Made by a program: the position numbers and the translations under genes. Positions 30,914 through 40,679 of a stretch of DNA of 64,000 nucleotides are shown here, piece by piece (position 1 is the stretch's first letter; each line of letters begins with the position of its first letter). The notes under the pieces are model-generated. The model saw only the letters and a program-made list of their open reading frames with translations. It made no database searches and was not told the origin of the DNA. The stretch is from Adhaeribacter swui (GTDB lineage Bacteria > Bacteroidota > Bacteroidia > Cytophagales > Hymenobacteraceae), in assembly GCF_014217805.1 (NCBI RefSeq), contig NZ_CP055156.1, positions 1,802,585-1,866,584 of the forward strand, written 5' to 3'.

Positions 30914-33088
30914 TTAAACTAATTCCATACTTCTAACTAGTTTATCCGAGATGCCCATGGAAGTGGCAGTTTGCGTGAGTTCCTTCAGCAAACCGGTGGT
31001 GTTTTCGTCGGCGCTCTTCTGAATCATTTTCAGTAATAAAGCCGAGACACTCAGGTTGCGCACATCTTCTGACTTCATCCCGAACTGATTTAGGAAATAC
31101 TGCAGATTATCGCGGAACTGTACTTTACCGTTTCCGTTAGTATGGAAAAAAGTATCTTTCACAGTGCCCAAAACCTGGCTGTTATCCACTACCCGGTCCA
31201 CGGATTTACCTTTGGTAATCGAACCAATAATCTGGTCGAAGAACATAGTTTCGCCACCCACGATATCGATTTTGGCGGCTTTTAGAGCTTCGGCAATTAC
31301 TTCGGCCTGCGACGCAGCAATGTCTTTCTGTATGTTAATCTGCGCCAGTTCAATGGATTTATCTTTATCTAGGCGAAGTTTAAATTCTTCGTGGTCTTTG
31401 CCCACACCATCTAATTTGCGCATGGCTTCGGCTTTACTTTCAATGCCTTTGGCATCTACGGTAAATTTCTCGCTGTTTACGCGGGCTTCGGCTAGGCCTT
31501 TTTTCTCTTCGGCAATGGCTAAGTTCTCAATTACGTCGGCATCTGCTAAGCCTTTTTCTTTGGCTACTTTGGCAGCTATTAAGCCTACCTTTTCGTCTGC
31601 TTCGGCCTGCGCCTCGGCTTTTACTTTGGTGGCTTTGGCGGCCGCTACGGCTTGGCGTTCGGTTACTACCGCTTCCGCTTCTCCTTCTTTCTGGCGGGCC
31701 AAGGCTTTGGCTTCCATAACCTGGGCTTCGGATAAACCAAGGGCGGCAGCCTGGGTAGCTTCGGCTTCGGCCATTACTTTTAATGCCTGGGCACGGTTAG
31801 CCGCAGAAGCTTGCTGCGCTTCCGAATCAATGAGTAATTGTTTAGCTCGGAACTCGGCGGCCTGGCGGGCGGCTTCGGCGCCTTTAATTTCTTTCACTAA
31901 GGCGGCTTGCGCTACTTGCTCGGCGTTGGTAATGGCAACGGCTTTAACTCGCTCGGCTTCAGCAAAGGCGCGGGTATCTTTAATTTTTTCTTCTTCTTCG
32001 ACTACCGCTTTTTCTACGGTAACCCGCTCCCGGATAATACCCTGAATGTTTTTACGCTCTTCTTCAATGGCTTTTTCTTTTTCAATCTGAGCCAAGGCTA
32101 CAATGCGTTCTTTTTCGTTGGCTTCGAGTAAACGGGCCTGTTCTACGCGTTCAGTTTCCACGGCATCGGTGCGTTGTTTGCTGCGCTCGGCTACTAAAAT
32201 CTGGCGGTCGCGGTTTTGTTCGGCAATTTTTAATTCTTCGTCGGTGGCAATCTTAGCTTTTTCGGCTTTCAGGCGTTCTTCCTGACGTACTTTTTCGGCT
32301 TCGGCAAATTCCCTGGCTTTAATATTGGCAATCTCGCGACGTTGTTTTTCTTCGTTTTCGGCGAGCTGGCGTTCCAGTTCCAGAATGGTTTCCTGCGCTT
32401 CTACGTTTTGTTTTTTAATCGTTTTTTCTTTTTCGCGCTCAATTAAGTTCGATTGTATTTTCTGGCGGGCGGTTAAGTCAATAATTTTTTTAATTCCTTC
32501 GGCATCCAGAATGTTGTTTTCGTTGAGGTTAGTTAGTGGGGTTTGCTCCAGGTAATCAATAGCGCAGTCGTCGAGTACGTAGCCGTTTAAATCGGTGCCG
32601 ATGGTTTGTAAAATCTGGCGTTTAAAGTCGTCGCGGCTTTGGTATAAATCCACAAAATCGAAATGCTTGCCTACGGTTTTTAAAGCTTCGGAGAACTTGG
32701 CATCGAACAAACCTTCCAGGGCGGTATGGTCCGAAGCGCGTTTACAACCAATGGCTTGCGCTACTTGCACCACGTCTTCGGGCGTTTTATTTACCCGTAA
32801 AAAGAAGTTTACTTTAATGTCGGCCCGGAGATTGTCTTTACAAATCAAGCCTTCGGGCCCGGTGCGGGAAATAACGATGGTTTTTAAGGTGATATCCATT
32901 ACCTCTAATTTGTGGATAATGGGTACCACAAAAATGCCGGAGAAGGAAACTTTAGTATCGCCTAAACCCGTCCGGACCATGGCTTCGCCTTGAATGGCTT
33001 TTTGGTACATGCGGATAACAATGGCGATAAAACCAAAAAGTACAACCGCCAGAATAGCAAGAATAGACCAGGATAATTGTGCAATCAT
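30914..33088 (-). CDS. flotillin family / SPFH (band 7) domain protein, YqiK-like, with long coiled-coil tail
   Basis: N-terminal TM; SPFH core (GEAMVRTGLGDTKVSF...VISRTGPEGLICKDNLRADIKVNFFLRV); ~400 aa Ala/Glu/Lys-rich coiled-coil. Confidence 0.85.
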   Translation of the reverse strand: MIAQLSWSILAILAVVLFGFIAIVIRMYQKAIQGEAMVRTGLGDTKVSFSGIFVVPIIHKLEVMDITLKTIVISRTGPEGLICKDNLRADIKVNFFLRVNKTPEDVVQVAQAIGCKRASDHTALEGLFDAKFSEALKTVGKHFDFVDLYQSRDDFKRQILQTIGTDLNGYVLDDCAIDYLEQTPLTNLNENNILDAEGIKKIIDLTARQKIQSNLIEREKEKTIKKQNVEAQETILELERQLAENEEKQRREIANIKAREFAEAEKVRQEERLKAEKAKIATDEELKIAEQNRDRQILVAERSKQRTDAVETERVEQARLLEANEKERIVALAQIEKEKAIEEERKNIQGIIRERVTVEKAVVEEEEKIKDTRAFAEAERVKAVAITNAEQVAQAALVKEIKGAEAARQAAEFRAKQLLIDSEAQQASAANRAQALKVMAEAEATQAAALGLSEAQVMEAKALARQKEGEAEAVVTERQAVAAAKATKVKAEAQAEADEKVGLIAAKVAKEKGLADADVIENLAIAEEKKGLAEARVNSEKFTVDAKGIESKAEAMRKLDGVGKDHEEFKLRLDKDKSIELAQINIQKDIAASQAEVIAEALKAAKIDIVGGETMFFDQIIGSITKGKSVDRVVDNSQVLGTVKDTFFHTNGNGKVQFRDNLQYFLNQFGMKSEDVRNLSVSALLLKMIQKSADENTTGLLKELTQTATSMGISDKLVRSMELV

Positions 33089-33160
33089 GTTTTAGAAAGT
33101 AATTGTAGAAATGCTTTTTAAATTTTGAGAATTGAGTAAGTCTGTTTTTTAAAAATTTTA

Positions 33161-33781
33161 CTAGCTAGCAAGACTTTGGTAAGGCTCTATGAGGTAGAAT
33201 TGCTTGGCCGCGTTGTAATCAATAATTAACCCGGTTTCACCTTTTTTAAGGTAAGCCCCCGATGTAGCTTTCACATTCAGGAGCAGCAGCGATCCGGTGG
33301 TCCGGACGGTAGCCTGCCCCATTTCGGTGGCGGTAACGGGCAAAGTAACCGTGCAAACCCGTCCAATAACCGAGGCTTTGGAATCATGCTCTTTTTCGAG
33401 GGCGGCAAATATTTTAACAAACGGATAGGTTAATACTTTGGAAGCAAGCAGGCTGAAGATGAAAAGGGGTATTAGCAGCACAAAGCCAACCAAACTTTCG
33501 CCGGTATTTAAATAATAGTTAAGGAGTATAGATGCGGCCCAAAAAGGCAAAGCCACAAAACTGAAAAAGATCATGAATGGGATTTTGCCCACGTTAAAGA
33601 AGCCCAAAGCATGATTTAACCAGACGATCGCGTCGGAGCTATCCATTTCCAGATCCATGTCCAGCATGTCTAAATCCAGAATACCCAGGATTACCACTGC
33701 CCAATAAAGCAGGGCAAATAGCAAAAGGATGCTAGGAATGATGTTGACGCTGGCACTAGCCGCCTGTAAAAACTCCGACAT
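33161..33781 (-). CDS. NfeD-like / YqiJ-like membrane protein (DUF1449-like) with C-terminal OB-fold
   Basis: Multi-TM N-terminus, C-terminal soluble beta-rich segment; gene order with flotillin mirrors E. coli yqiJ-yqiK. Confidence 0.65.
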   Translation of the reverse strand: MSEFLQAASASVNIIPSILLLFALLYWAVVILGILDLDMLDMDLEMDSSDAIVWLNHALGFFNVGKIPFMIFFSFVALPFWAASILLNYYLNTGESLVGFVLLIPLFIFSLLASKVLTYPFVKIFAALEKEHDSKASVIGRVCTVTLPVTATEMGQATVRTTGSLLLLNVKATSGAYLKKGETGLIIDYNAAKQFYLIEPYQSLAS

Positions 33782-34029
33782 AAAGGTATTTAATATACAC
33801 GATTGTAAATATATTAAATAACTAATATAAAATAAAATAAGTTTCTGATTTTTGCTTTATATTTAAAGAGAAATAGAGCTGGGTGGCACCAGATTATTTG
33901 ATTCTTCATAAAAGAAGAGTTAAAGGCTTTATTGACGATCAGAAAGTTAATTTTTTTAAATTTTTGTAATTCTGGAATCTGTAATCAGAGACTCTATTTT
34001 AGCCTAACATATCAACAATTGTTATTAGT

Positions 34030-34497
34030 ATGTCGCTTTTCAGCAAATCCGAGAAAGTAACGCAGGCAGTATATTTTAGTCCGGGAACGGAGTGCTTAGA
34101 TGCCATACTGGAGCAAATAGAGGCGGCGCGTACGTCGCTCAAAATATGTGTATTTACCATTAGCGACGACCGGATTACCCGGGCTATTTTACAGGCGCAC
34201 CGCCGCGGCATTAAAGTAAAAATTGTGACCGATAACGAAAAGCTTTACGACCAAGGTTCAGATATCCGGCAATTAGCGCAAGCGGGCATTCCGGTACGGA
34301 TAGATAATACGCCCAATCACATGCACCACAAGTTTGCCATTGTAGATAACACGGTAGTGGTAACTGGCTCCTACAACTGGACCCGCAGTGCTGCCCTGTA
34401 TAATCATGAAAATATTGTACTAACCTCGGCTAAACCAATTGTAGCCGGGTTCTGTGAAGAGTTTGATCGCTTGTGGGCAGAGATGGAGGCATTGTAA
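34030..34497 (+). CDS. phospholipase D-family (HKD) Nuc-like endonuclease, cytoplasmic
   Basis: Single HKD motif HMHHKFAIVDN...GSYNWT; size (155 aa) and layout like Nuc/PLD-nucleases; no signal peptide. Confidence 0.8.
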   Translation: MSLFSKSEKVTQAVYFSPGTECLDAILEQIEAARTSLKICVFTISDDRITRAILQAHRRGIKVKIVTDNEKLYDQGSDIRQLAQAGIPVRIDNTPNHMHHKFAIVDNTVVVTGSYNWTRSAALYNHENIVLTSAKPIVAGFCEEFDRLWAEMEAL

Positions 34498-34578
34498 AAA
34501 TACCACTGGACTTGGTTTAATAAAAGGCTAGGAAGCTACACCAACGGCAGGGCGTCCAGATTTTTTAAATTTAAAAAA

Positions 34579-34980
34579 TTATTCAACCTCACCCCAGGTA
34601 CCGCGGAACAATATTACCCGCCAACCATCCGGATCTTCGAAAGTGAATGATTTATCTTGCCAGTAAGGGTTTTCGGGAGCAACCGGGAAATAACCCAAGT
34701 TTTGTAAGCGCTCTACCGCGCTGCTTAGCTCAATTGGGTGTGGAATATAAAACACGAGTAAGTTGTCTTTCGTTGGGGCGGTACCAGGGCTGCCGGCTTC
34801 GTACTGGGTAAATTCCAAATGGTATTCCCGGTGAGGTAAACCTACCATTACGTCGCTGTACCCGGCATGGTCCGTAAATGAACTTAACTGCGGCAAACCT
34901 ACCCCTTCGGTATAAAATTGAATGACTTTGGTGAGTTGGTTCGTGGGCCGGGCAATCCGGACCTGCGTAAAGGAAAGCAT
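34579..34980 (-). CDS. VOC (glyoxalase/bleomycin-resistance fold) family protein
   Basis: 133 aa with two beta-alpha-beta-beta-beta halves; YycE-like. Confidence 0.65.
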   Translation of the reverse strand: MLSFTQVRIARPTNQLTKVIQFYTEGVGLPQLSSFTDHAGYSDVMVGLPHREYHLEFTQYEAGSPGTAPTKDNLLVFYIPHPIELSSAVERLQNLGYFPVAPENPYWQDKSFTFEDPDGWRVILFRGTWGEVE

Positions 34981-35059
34981 AAGTGCTAGTAAGGTAAAAA
35001 TTTAAAAAGTAGGCTCAATCACTGATTTAAATGCCCCAAGGTAATAGCTGTAAGTTTAA

Positions 35060-36376
35060 TTAAGGATTGGTTGATTTGAGTTGCGAATAATCCAGCACTA
35101 GGTTACACATCGCTTTCACGCCCAGCTTAAAACCACTTTCGTCGATGAAAAAATCTGGGGTGTGGTGTGAGGGTGCTTCCAGGCGGTTTTTACCTTTGGG
35201 CATGCCACCCAGAAAAATAAACAAACCGGGTACTTTCTCCTGAAAAAATGAAAAATCTTCGCCGCCGGTTACGGCCGGACGCAATTCTACGTTCTCCGAT
35301 CCGGCGGTGCGCTGCAAAGTGGGTAGCATTTTTTCGGTTAAAGCCAGATTGTTAAACGTTACCGGGTAACGCATACTCAGCGGAATTTGCACGTCGGCGG
35401 TGGCTCCGGCACTTTCGGCGGTTTTGGTGGCAATTTGCTTTACGCGGGAGATCAGCATTTTTTCGTCATCGGCACTTAAGGCCCGTAAGGTACCCGTCAT
35501 TTCTACCTGCTCCGGAATAATATTCGAGCGGTTACCGCCCTGAATGGTGCCAATGGTTACGATGCCTGGGTTTTCAGTAACATTTAAATTGCGGCTCACA
35601 ATGGTTTGTAAATTATTGATGATTTGCGCCGATACCACAATCGGATCGACGGATGACCAAGGATAAGCGCCGTGGGCCTGTTTGCCTTTTACAGTAATTT
35701 TCATGTCGTTGACGCTGGCCATGGTGCCGCCCGGTCGGTAGGTAATTTTACCTACTTCGGTTTGCGAATTTATGTGCAGACCAAAGGCCACGTCTACTTT
35801 CGGGTTATCCAATACGCCTTCTTTTACCATTAATTCGGCGCCGCCTTGTTCGCCAAAAGGTGGCCCTTCTTCGGCCGGCTGAAAAATAAATTTAACAGTG
35901 CCGCTTAACTCGTTTTTCATGCCCGCCAATACTTCGGCTACGCCCATTAAAATAGCCACGTGCGAGTCGTGGCCGCAAGCGTGCATCACGCCTACTGGCT
36001 GTCCGTTGTAAGTAGATTTTACTTTAGAAGCAAAAGGCAGCGGTACCCGTTCGGTAACAGGTAAAGCATCCATATCGGCGCGTAAAGCTATAACGGGGCC
36101 GGGTTTGCCGCCCTTTAAAATACCCACTACACCGGTTTTAGCTACGCCAGTTTTTACTTCTATACCCAAGGCTTTTAAATGTTTGGCCACGATAGCGGCC
36201 GTTCTTTTCTCGTGGTTGCCTAGTTCCGGGTTCTGGTGAAAGTCGCGGCGCCAGGTAATTACCTTTTGTTCTACTTTATTGGCAGCCTGGTCTACTTGGG
36301 AAGTTAAAGTGGTTTGCTGAGCTACTGCCGGAATAGTTAATAGCGTACCCAGTATCAGCGGGTAAATATTTTTCAT
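35060..36376 (-). CDS. M20D family amidohydrolase (aminoacylase/hippurate hydrolase-like), secreted
   Basis: Signal peptide; metal-binding MHACGHDSHVAILMG motif of the M20D/amidohydrolase family. Confidence 0.85.
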   Translation of the reverse strand: MKNIYPLILGTLLTIPAVAQQTTLTSQVDQAANKVEQKVITWRRDFHQNPELGNHEKRTAAIVAKHLKALGIEVKTGVAKTGVVGILKGGKPGPVIALRADMDALPVTERVPLPFASKVKSTYNGQPVGVMHACGHDSHVAILMGVAEVLAGMKNELSGTVKFIFQPAEEGPPFGEQGGAELMVKEGVLDNPKVDVAFGLHINSQTEVGKITYRPGGTMASVNDMKITVKGKQAHGAYPWSSVDPIVVSAQIINNLQTIVSRNLNVTENPGIVTIGTIQGGNRSNIIPEQVEMTGTLRALSADDEKMLISRVKQIATKTAESAGATADVQIPLSMRYPVTFNNLALTEKMLPTLQRTAGSENVELRPAVTGGEDFSFFQEKVPGLFIFLGGMPKGKNRLEAPSHHTPDFFIDESGFKLGVKAMCNLVLDYSQLKSTNP

Positions 36377-36959
36377 GAAGTAAGTTCTGGATTTGTTTAA
36401 AAGTTAAAGTAGCAATAAGTAAGGCAAAAGACAATTCTGGAGTAATTTGATTACAGCCGGAAGAAGGTTGAGAAACTAAATTAACCCTTACGGACACTCC
36501 CAAAACAAGAATTTTGATTAATGAAATTTTAAAAATTTAAAAAATGAGTTTAGCGCGAGCTAAGGAAAAGCTGTTCTCCGCAAGTTTTCATTTCTTTCTA
36601 AAACTGTTATCAGCTAATGAAACAACTAATTCCCAATATACATGCTGACCTGATTCTTATGAAATTTAAAAATTACCGGGAAGTACGTATTTCGTTGCTT
36701 GATTATTCCTTGTAAAATTGCCGCATCAAATAGATGCTAATTTAATTGATTAACAGGCTTTTATTACTGGTAAGCACCTGGTCTAAATTCAAGTTTTCGG
36801 TACTAGATAGTAGGTTTTTAATAACCGGGCAATATTGGTAAAAGCAAAACACGACCCTTCGATGAGCGCACCTAGTAAATTTAAACTCTGAGCGCTTTAG
36901 CTCCGCAACAGTCCCATCATCTTAAACATGTAACAATTCATCAAAATTCTTTACTAACT

Positions 36960-39900
36960 ATGAAATACCTTTTAGCTTCCCTTATCCGGGAAAATACTTT
37001 CGGAGGAAGCTTCTTGCCACATTGGTTGATTAATAACCGATTTAATACCTTTTTCACGCCCCGATTAGTACCAATCCGAGTAGTTGCAGTATTGCTTTTA
37101 TTATTTACCGCTATGCAAGCCCAGGCTCAAGAAGTTTTGTTAGGACTCACGTCGGATTATGGTCCGCAAGGTGGCGGCACGGCCTTTTCTATTAAAACCA
37201 ATGGGAATGATTTTGCTGTTCATAAAACTTTTACCAAACTAGGTTCAAACCCGGGCGGCGAGCTGATTCAGGGCAAAGATGGTAACTTTTACGGGATGAC
37301 TGCCCGGGGAGGTGCCAGTGATTTCGGAACCATTTTTAGAATGACGCCGGCTGGTACAATTACTATTATGCATCATTTTGCCGGTTTCGATGGCAATGCG
37401 CCGGGTAGTAATAATCTTATACAAGCTGCCGACGGTAACTTTTACGGTATGACCTCTTCTGGCGGTATGAATAATAATGGAGCGGAACCTGGCATTGCTT
37501 TTAGAATAACTCCTGGCGGGGAGTATAAGGTAATTTACAACTTTACGCGTAATGAAGGTTACCGTCCTTACGGCGATTTACTGCAAGGCCCGGATGGCAA
37601 CTTTTACGGCATGACGTATTATGGCGGTACTTTTGATAAAGGTACGGTTTTTAAATTAACGCCATCAGGCACCTATACCGTATTGCATCATTTTAATGGT
37701 ACGTCCCGGGGTGGCTGGCCTACCGGCAATTTAGTGCTAGGAAACGATGGCAATTATTACGGCGTTACTACCAGTGCTGGCGCCAACCAGTTAGGTACTA
37801 TTTTTAAAATAACCACCGCTGGCACTTTTACTTTGTTACATACTTTTGAATTAGCTACTGGTGGTACTCCGGTGGGTAGCTTGGTAAAGGGTAAAGACGG
37901 GAACTTCTATGGCGTAACTACCGCGGGCGGCGATAATTATAGCGGTACTATTTTCCGAATAACGGCCAATGGCGATTACAAAGTACTGCACCATTACGGC
38001 TTCGATGCCATAGGAAATACTCCAAAAAGAAGTTTGATTTTGGGAAAAGATGGAAACCTGTACGGTACCACCATGAACGGCGGAGACTGGTTTAATGGAA
38101 CCATTTACAAAGTAACGCCGAGTGGTATTGTAAGTGCTTTACATGCCTTTTCACCTTCGGAGGATGGTGGCCGGGCAAGCGGTCTAATGCAAGCTGCTGA
38201 TGGTTATTTATACGGTATGAACGAAATTGGCGGGCCTCAAGGTGATGGTGTTATCTATCGTATTTTACCCAATGGTACCAATTTTAAAAAATTAGTAGAT
38301 CTGCCCGGTTCTTTTGGCGGAGTAGCTCCCCGGGGTGGGTTGGTACAAGGCCCCGATGGCTTTTTCTACGGCATGACCGAATGGGGCGGTGAGTATAATC
38401 ACGGTACTATTTTTAGGTTGTGCTCCGATGGCTCTTATAAAATCTTACGGTCACTGGATGATGTAAACGATGGAGGATATCCCCGGGGTGACTTGCTGCT
38501 GGGGAAAGACGGCAATCTTTACGGTTTAACCAGCCATGGTGGAGTTAATGGCAGTGGTACGTATTTCCGGATAACACCCCAAGGTAATTTTACGGTCTTG
38601 TATTCCTTCCAAAACGACGATACCGGCTACTCGCCCTGGGGAACTTTACTGGATGGCAACGATGGTTATTATTATGGCATGACCAATGCCGGAGGCGAGT
38701 TATTATCCGGCGTTATCTTTCGGGTTACCCCCACTGGTGATTATACCGTATTACACAGCTTTGATAATTATGAGGATGGTTCTTCGCCCCAAGGTAATTT
38801 AATTAAAGGTAAAGACGGTAATTTTTACGGCCTTACCAACGTAGGCGGCGATTACAATACCGGTACTTTTTTTAAAATGGCACCCGATGGCACCGTTACC
38901 AAACTGCATTCTTTCTACCAGTTCGAAGATGGCGATAAACCATCTGGTAGTCTGGTGCAAGGCAAAGACGGTAATTTTTACGGGATGGCTGCCCGGGGAG
39001 GTAAGAATGGGCATGGTACTATTTTCCGTTTTACACCAACCGGAAAAATAACCGTTCTGAAGTTTATGACGGATGAAATCTCGGATGGTGCTAACCCCCA
39101 TGGTAGTCTGGTAATGGATAAGGAAGGCAATTTTTATGGTTTAACCTGGGGTGGTGGGCATAACTTTAGCGGTGTTATTTTTAAAATTACGCCCAAAGGG
39201 AATTATACCGTTCTGCACCATTTAGATGGACCCAAAGAAGGCAGAAGCGCTTTCGGTAGTTTAATTTTCCAGAAGGCTAATCCAACGGCATACGCGCAGC
39301 GTGTTACCACAGCCGTGAACACGGCTAAAGTTATTACCCTAAAAGGAACTGGTGGTAGTCCGCTGGTCTACGAAATTATATCCCAACCAAAGAATGGTAC
39401 CCTAAGTGGTTCCGGCGCCAAACGTACCTACACGCCTAAATCTGATTTTAGTGGTACAGATAGCTTTACTTACCGGGTAAACTGGGGCTGCCAAAGTTCT
39501 ACGGTTGCAACCATTACCATTCAGGTAGGTACCCCGGTTGCCACTGCTATCCGGATTAATGCCGGTGGAAATGCTTTAACTACCACGCAAGGTAACTTTA
39601 GCGCCGATGCTTATTTTACCGGGGCAACTACTGTTTCTACTACGGCTGCTACCATTGCCAATACCGCTGATCCTGGCCTATACCAGGATAACCGTCGGGC
39701 GAGTGCAAACAACGGCAGCTTCCAGTATGCTATTCCGGTAACCAACGGGCAGTACACCGTAAAGCTGCATTTTGCCGAAACTTTCCATACTACTGCCGGA
39801 AAACGCCAATTTAACGTTACCGCTGAAGGGAGTAGTTGGCTCAACAATTATGATATCTACGTCGCTGCCGGAGGTGCCCGCCAAGCCATAGTAGCTACCC

Positions 39901-40286
39901 GCAATGTAACGGTAAGCGATGGAACCCTAGATTTAAACTTCATTTCCAAGGTAGATAAAGCTTGTGTATCCGCGATTGAAGTATTACCCGCTTCCGGAAC
40001 CGAACAAATTGAAGCAGCTACGCCAACAAAAGAAGAGACAGGTTTGGTAACTCGCTTATATCCTAATCCGGTTACTGACCAATTTACCGTAGAACTAAAA
40101 GTACCCGCCGAGCAAGTTAGTTTCTCGATTATAGATGCTTCAGGGATAACCGTAAAAACTCATATTTCAACCCGGGCCCAAGCTGATAAACTGGAGTTCC
40201 TGGTGGACCAACTGCAACCAGGCTTGTATACTTTGCTGGTACATGCCAATAACAATCAGCAGGTTTTGCGTTTTTTAAAAAATTAG
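36960..40286 (+). CDS. T9SS-secreted repeat protein: GloVer-like ~50-aa tandem repeats, Ig-like domain, malectin-like domain, Por C-terminal sorting domain
   Basis: ~14 repeats of GxDGNFYGMT..GG..xGTIF(R/K)xTPxG; Ig-like domain near aa 780-860; malectin-like IRINAGG...YTVKLHFAE; C-terminal LYPNPVTDQFTVELK...VLRFLKN T9SS type A signal. Start codon uncertain because of a long pre-signal extension. Confidence 0.75.
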   Translation: MKYLLASLIRENTFGGSFLPHWLINNRFNTFFTPRLVPIRVVAVLLLLFTAMQAQAQEVLLGLTSDYGPQGGGTAFSIKTNGNDFAVHKTFTKLGSNPGGELIQGKDGNFYGMTARGGASDFGTIFRMTPAGTITIMHHFAGFDGNAPGSNNLIQAADGNFYGMTSSGGMNNNGAEPGIAFRITPGGEYKVIYNFTRNEGYRPYGDLLQGPDGNFYGMTYYGGTFDKGTVFKLTPSGTYTVLHHFNGTSRGGWPTGNLVLGNDGNYYGVTTSAGANQLGTIFKITTAGTFTLLHTFELATGGTPVGSLVKGKDGNFYGVTTAGGDNYSGTIFRITANGDYKVLHHYGFDAIGNTPKRSLILGKDGNLYGTTMNGGDWFNGTIYKVTPSGIVSALHAFSPSEDGGRASGLMQAADGYLYGMNEIGGPQGDGVIYRILPNGTNFKKLVDLPGSFGGVAPRGGLVQGPDGFFYGMTEWGGEYNHGTIFRLCSDGSYKILRSLDDVNDGGYPRGDLLLGKDGNLYGLTSHGGVNGSGTYFRITPQGNFTVLYSFQNDDTGYSPWGTLLDGNDGYYYGMTNAGGELLSGVIFRVTPTGDYTVLHSFDNYEDGSSPQGNLIKGKDGNFYGLTNVGGDYNTGTFFKMAPDGTVTKLHSFYQFEDGDKPSGSLVQGKDGNFYGMAARGGKNGHGTIFRFTPTGKITVLKFMTDEISDGANPHGSLVMDKEGNFYGLTWGGGHNFSGVIFKITPKGNYTVLHHLDGPKEGRSAFGSLIFQKANPTAYAQRVTTAVNTAKVITLKGTGGSPLVYEIISQPKNGTLSGSGAKRTYTPKSDFSGTDSFTYRVNWGCQSSTVATITIQVGTPVATAIRINAGGNALTTTQGNFSADAYFTGATTVSTTAATIANTADPGLYQDNRRASANNGSFQYAIPVTNGQYTVKLHFAETFHTTAGKRQFNVTAEGSSWLNNYDIYVAAGGARQAIVATRNVTVSDGTLDLNFISKVDKACVSAIEVLPASGTEQIEAATPTKEETGLVTRLYPNPVTDQFTVELKVPAEQVSFSIIDASGITVKTHISTRAQADKLEFLVDQLQPGLYTLLVHANNNQQVLRFLKN

Positions 40287-40320
40287 AATTTGAATAATCA
40301 AGATAACTAATTCTAATAAA

Positions 40321-40360
40321 ATAAGCCGGTTGCCCTTAGGAGTAACCGGCTTATTTTTTA
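40321..40360 (+). terminator. rho-independent terminator after T9SS repeat-protein gene
   Basis: ataagccggtt-gcccttaggagt-aaccggcttattttttaaattttt. Confidence 0.8.
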
Positions 40361-40460
40361 AATTTTTGTTAGTAAAGTTACTCCCGATGAAACACCCTAG
40401 TAGCGTAAATATGTCACATTCATGCTACTAAGTAGAGCAAGTAGCTACTGGCAACTGACA

Positions 40461-40580
40461 CCAGTTTGGCTATTGAGGGCCTTCTAAGGTTCCGGTGCGC
40501 AGCATTCCGCAGCGGAGCGAGGAAAGGAAGCTTAGACCAGCCCGAAAGAGCCAAACGAGGCCCGCCGGCCACGAGGCAAA
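40461..40580 (-). repeat. family A intergenic repeat, copy 3 (reverse, 5'-truncated)
   Basis: rc matches the 3' two-thirds of 55353-55503, including tctaagcttcctttcctcgctccgctgcggaat. Confidence 0.8.
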
Positions 40581-40679
40581 ACTTGAAACTAACAAGTTAG
40601 ATAGCACCGCAGCATGAAAGCTTGAAAAGCTTTCACGACAACCGCTAAAACTTTTTAAGCTGCATTTTTTAATTTCAAA

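Noticed and set aside
31164-32045. 293-aa Ala/Ser-rich ORF antisense to flotillin
   Set aside because: Antisense reading of the GC-rich Ala/Glu/Lys coiled-coil codons of the flotillin tail; it has no start context and is nested entirely in a well-supported gene.
33886-33905. TGGCAC sequence in the divergent promoter region as a sigma-54 -24 element
   Set aside because: There is no GC at the required -12 spacing (TGGCAC-cagat-TATTTGA), so it does not fit the TGGCACG-N4-TTGCW consensus.
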